Source of the DNA: Botryllus schlosseri
Taxonomy: Eukaryota
DNA: 64,000 nt
Assembly: GCA_051294905.1 (NCBI GenBank)
Contig: CM119383.1
Coordinates: 7,874,001 to 7,938,000, forward strand
Reading direction: 5' to 3'
A program made the position numbers and the translations under genes. Of the stretch, positions 63,901-64,000 are shown in pieces. Each line of letters opens with the position of its first letter. Within the stretch, counting starts at the first letter, position 1. Below the pieces are notes generated by a model. The model saw nothing but the letters and a program-made list of their open reading frames with translations, was not told the DNA's origin and ran no database searches.

Positions 63901-63981
63901 TGACGCGTCGTCTGGCTAACGCCTAACTTATTTCGTTTTCCTATAGGAGACTAAAAATAAAAAGGCTGCAGACACGGAGGC
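54960..63981 (+). CDS. RRBP1: Ribosome-binding protein 1 / kinectin family ER membrane coiled-coil protein (3' part outside the window)
   Basis: Exons 54960-55048, 55117-55253, 55362(or 55371)-55687, 57018-57105, 57683-57798, 58883-58957, 60508-60740, 61279-61405, 62157-62285, 62845-62982, 63781-63876, 63947-63981. N-terminal TM plus FSMKETSFEDVLEEQRK (human p180 has FSMKETSYEEAL..QRK), a Lys-rich stretch, a K/A/P/E linker and a long coiled coil. Additional small exons may have been missed. Confidence 0.88.
63041..63205. mobile_element. 165-bp hAT-like MITE
   Basis: TIR CAATGTTCCCTC / GAGGGAACATTG with perfect TSD cctacaag. Confidence 0.9.
63433..63598. mobile_element. Second copy of the 165-bp MITE, in opposite orientation
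   Basis: Same TIRs; the internal sequence is the reverse complement of 63041-63205. TSD degenerate (5 of 8 bp). Confidence 0.85.
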
Positions 63982-64000
63982 GTGAGTTGATTTGTTCTGT

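Overview
Eukaryotic (animal) genomic DNA with spliceosomal GT-AG introns, many only 55-70 nt. It is gene-dense and littered with DNA-transposon MITEs. The compact layout and operon-like gene junctions suggest an invertebrate chordate such as a tunicate, but that is inference. There is no CRISPR array, rRNA or intact tRNA, and most of the supplied ORF track is spurious or only catches single exons. Genes reconstructed by hand from splice signals and frame: the 3' part of a large WD40 protein (WDR97/WDR87-like, +); an uncharacterised low-complexity protein (+); GNPNAT1 (-); intronless RFK (-); an intronless 419-aa coiled-coil orphan (-) whose ATG lies 9 nt after, and in frame with, the ZNHIT1 stop (-); GNPTAB (+, 19 exons, divergent from ZNHIT1); an RBM4/lark-like two-RRM gene (-); and the 5' part of RRBP1/kinectin (+). 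Mobile DNA includes a tRNA-derived SINE, a Penelope-like GIY-YIG remnant followed by a minimal hammerhead ribozyme, an RNase H-type LINE remnant, a decayed ~4-kb THAP/DDE (ISL2EU/PHIS-type) transposon and many hAT MITEs with 8-bp TSDs. The most interesting signal is the ZNHIT1 TAG-CTG-TAC-ATC-ATG orphan junction, which could be a trans-spliced operon, a readthrough fusion or a reinitiation site. All family calls rest on recalled motifs, not database searches.
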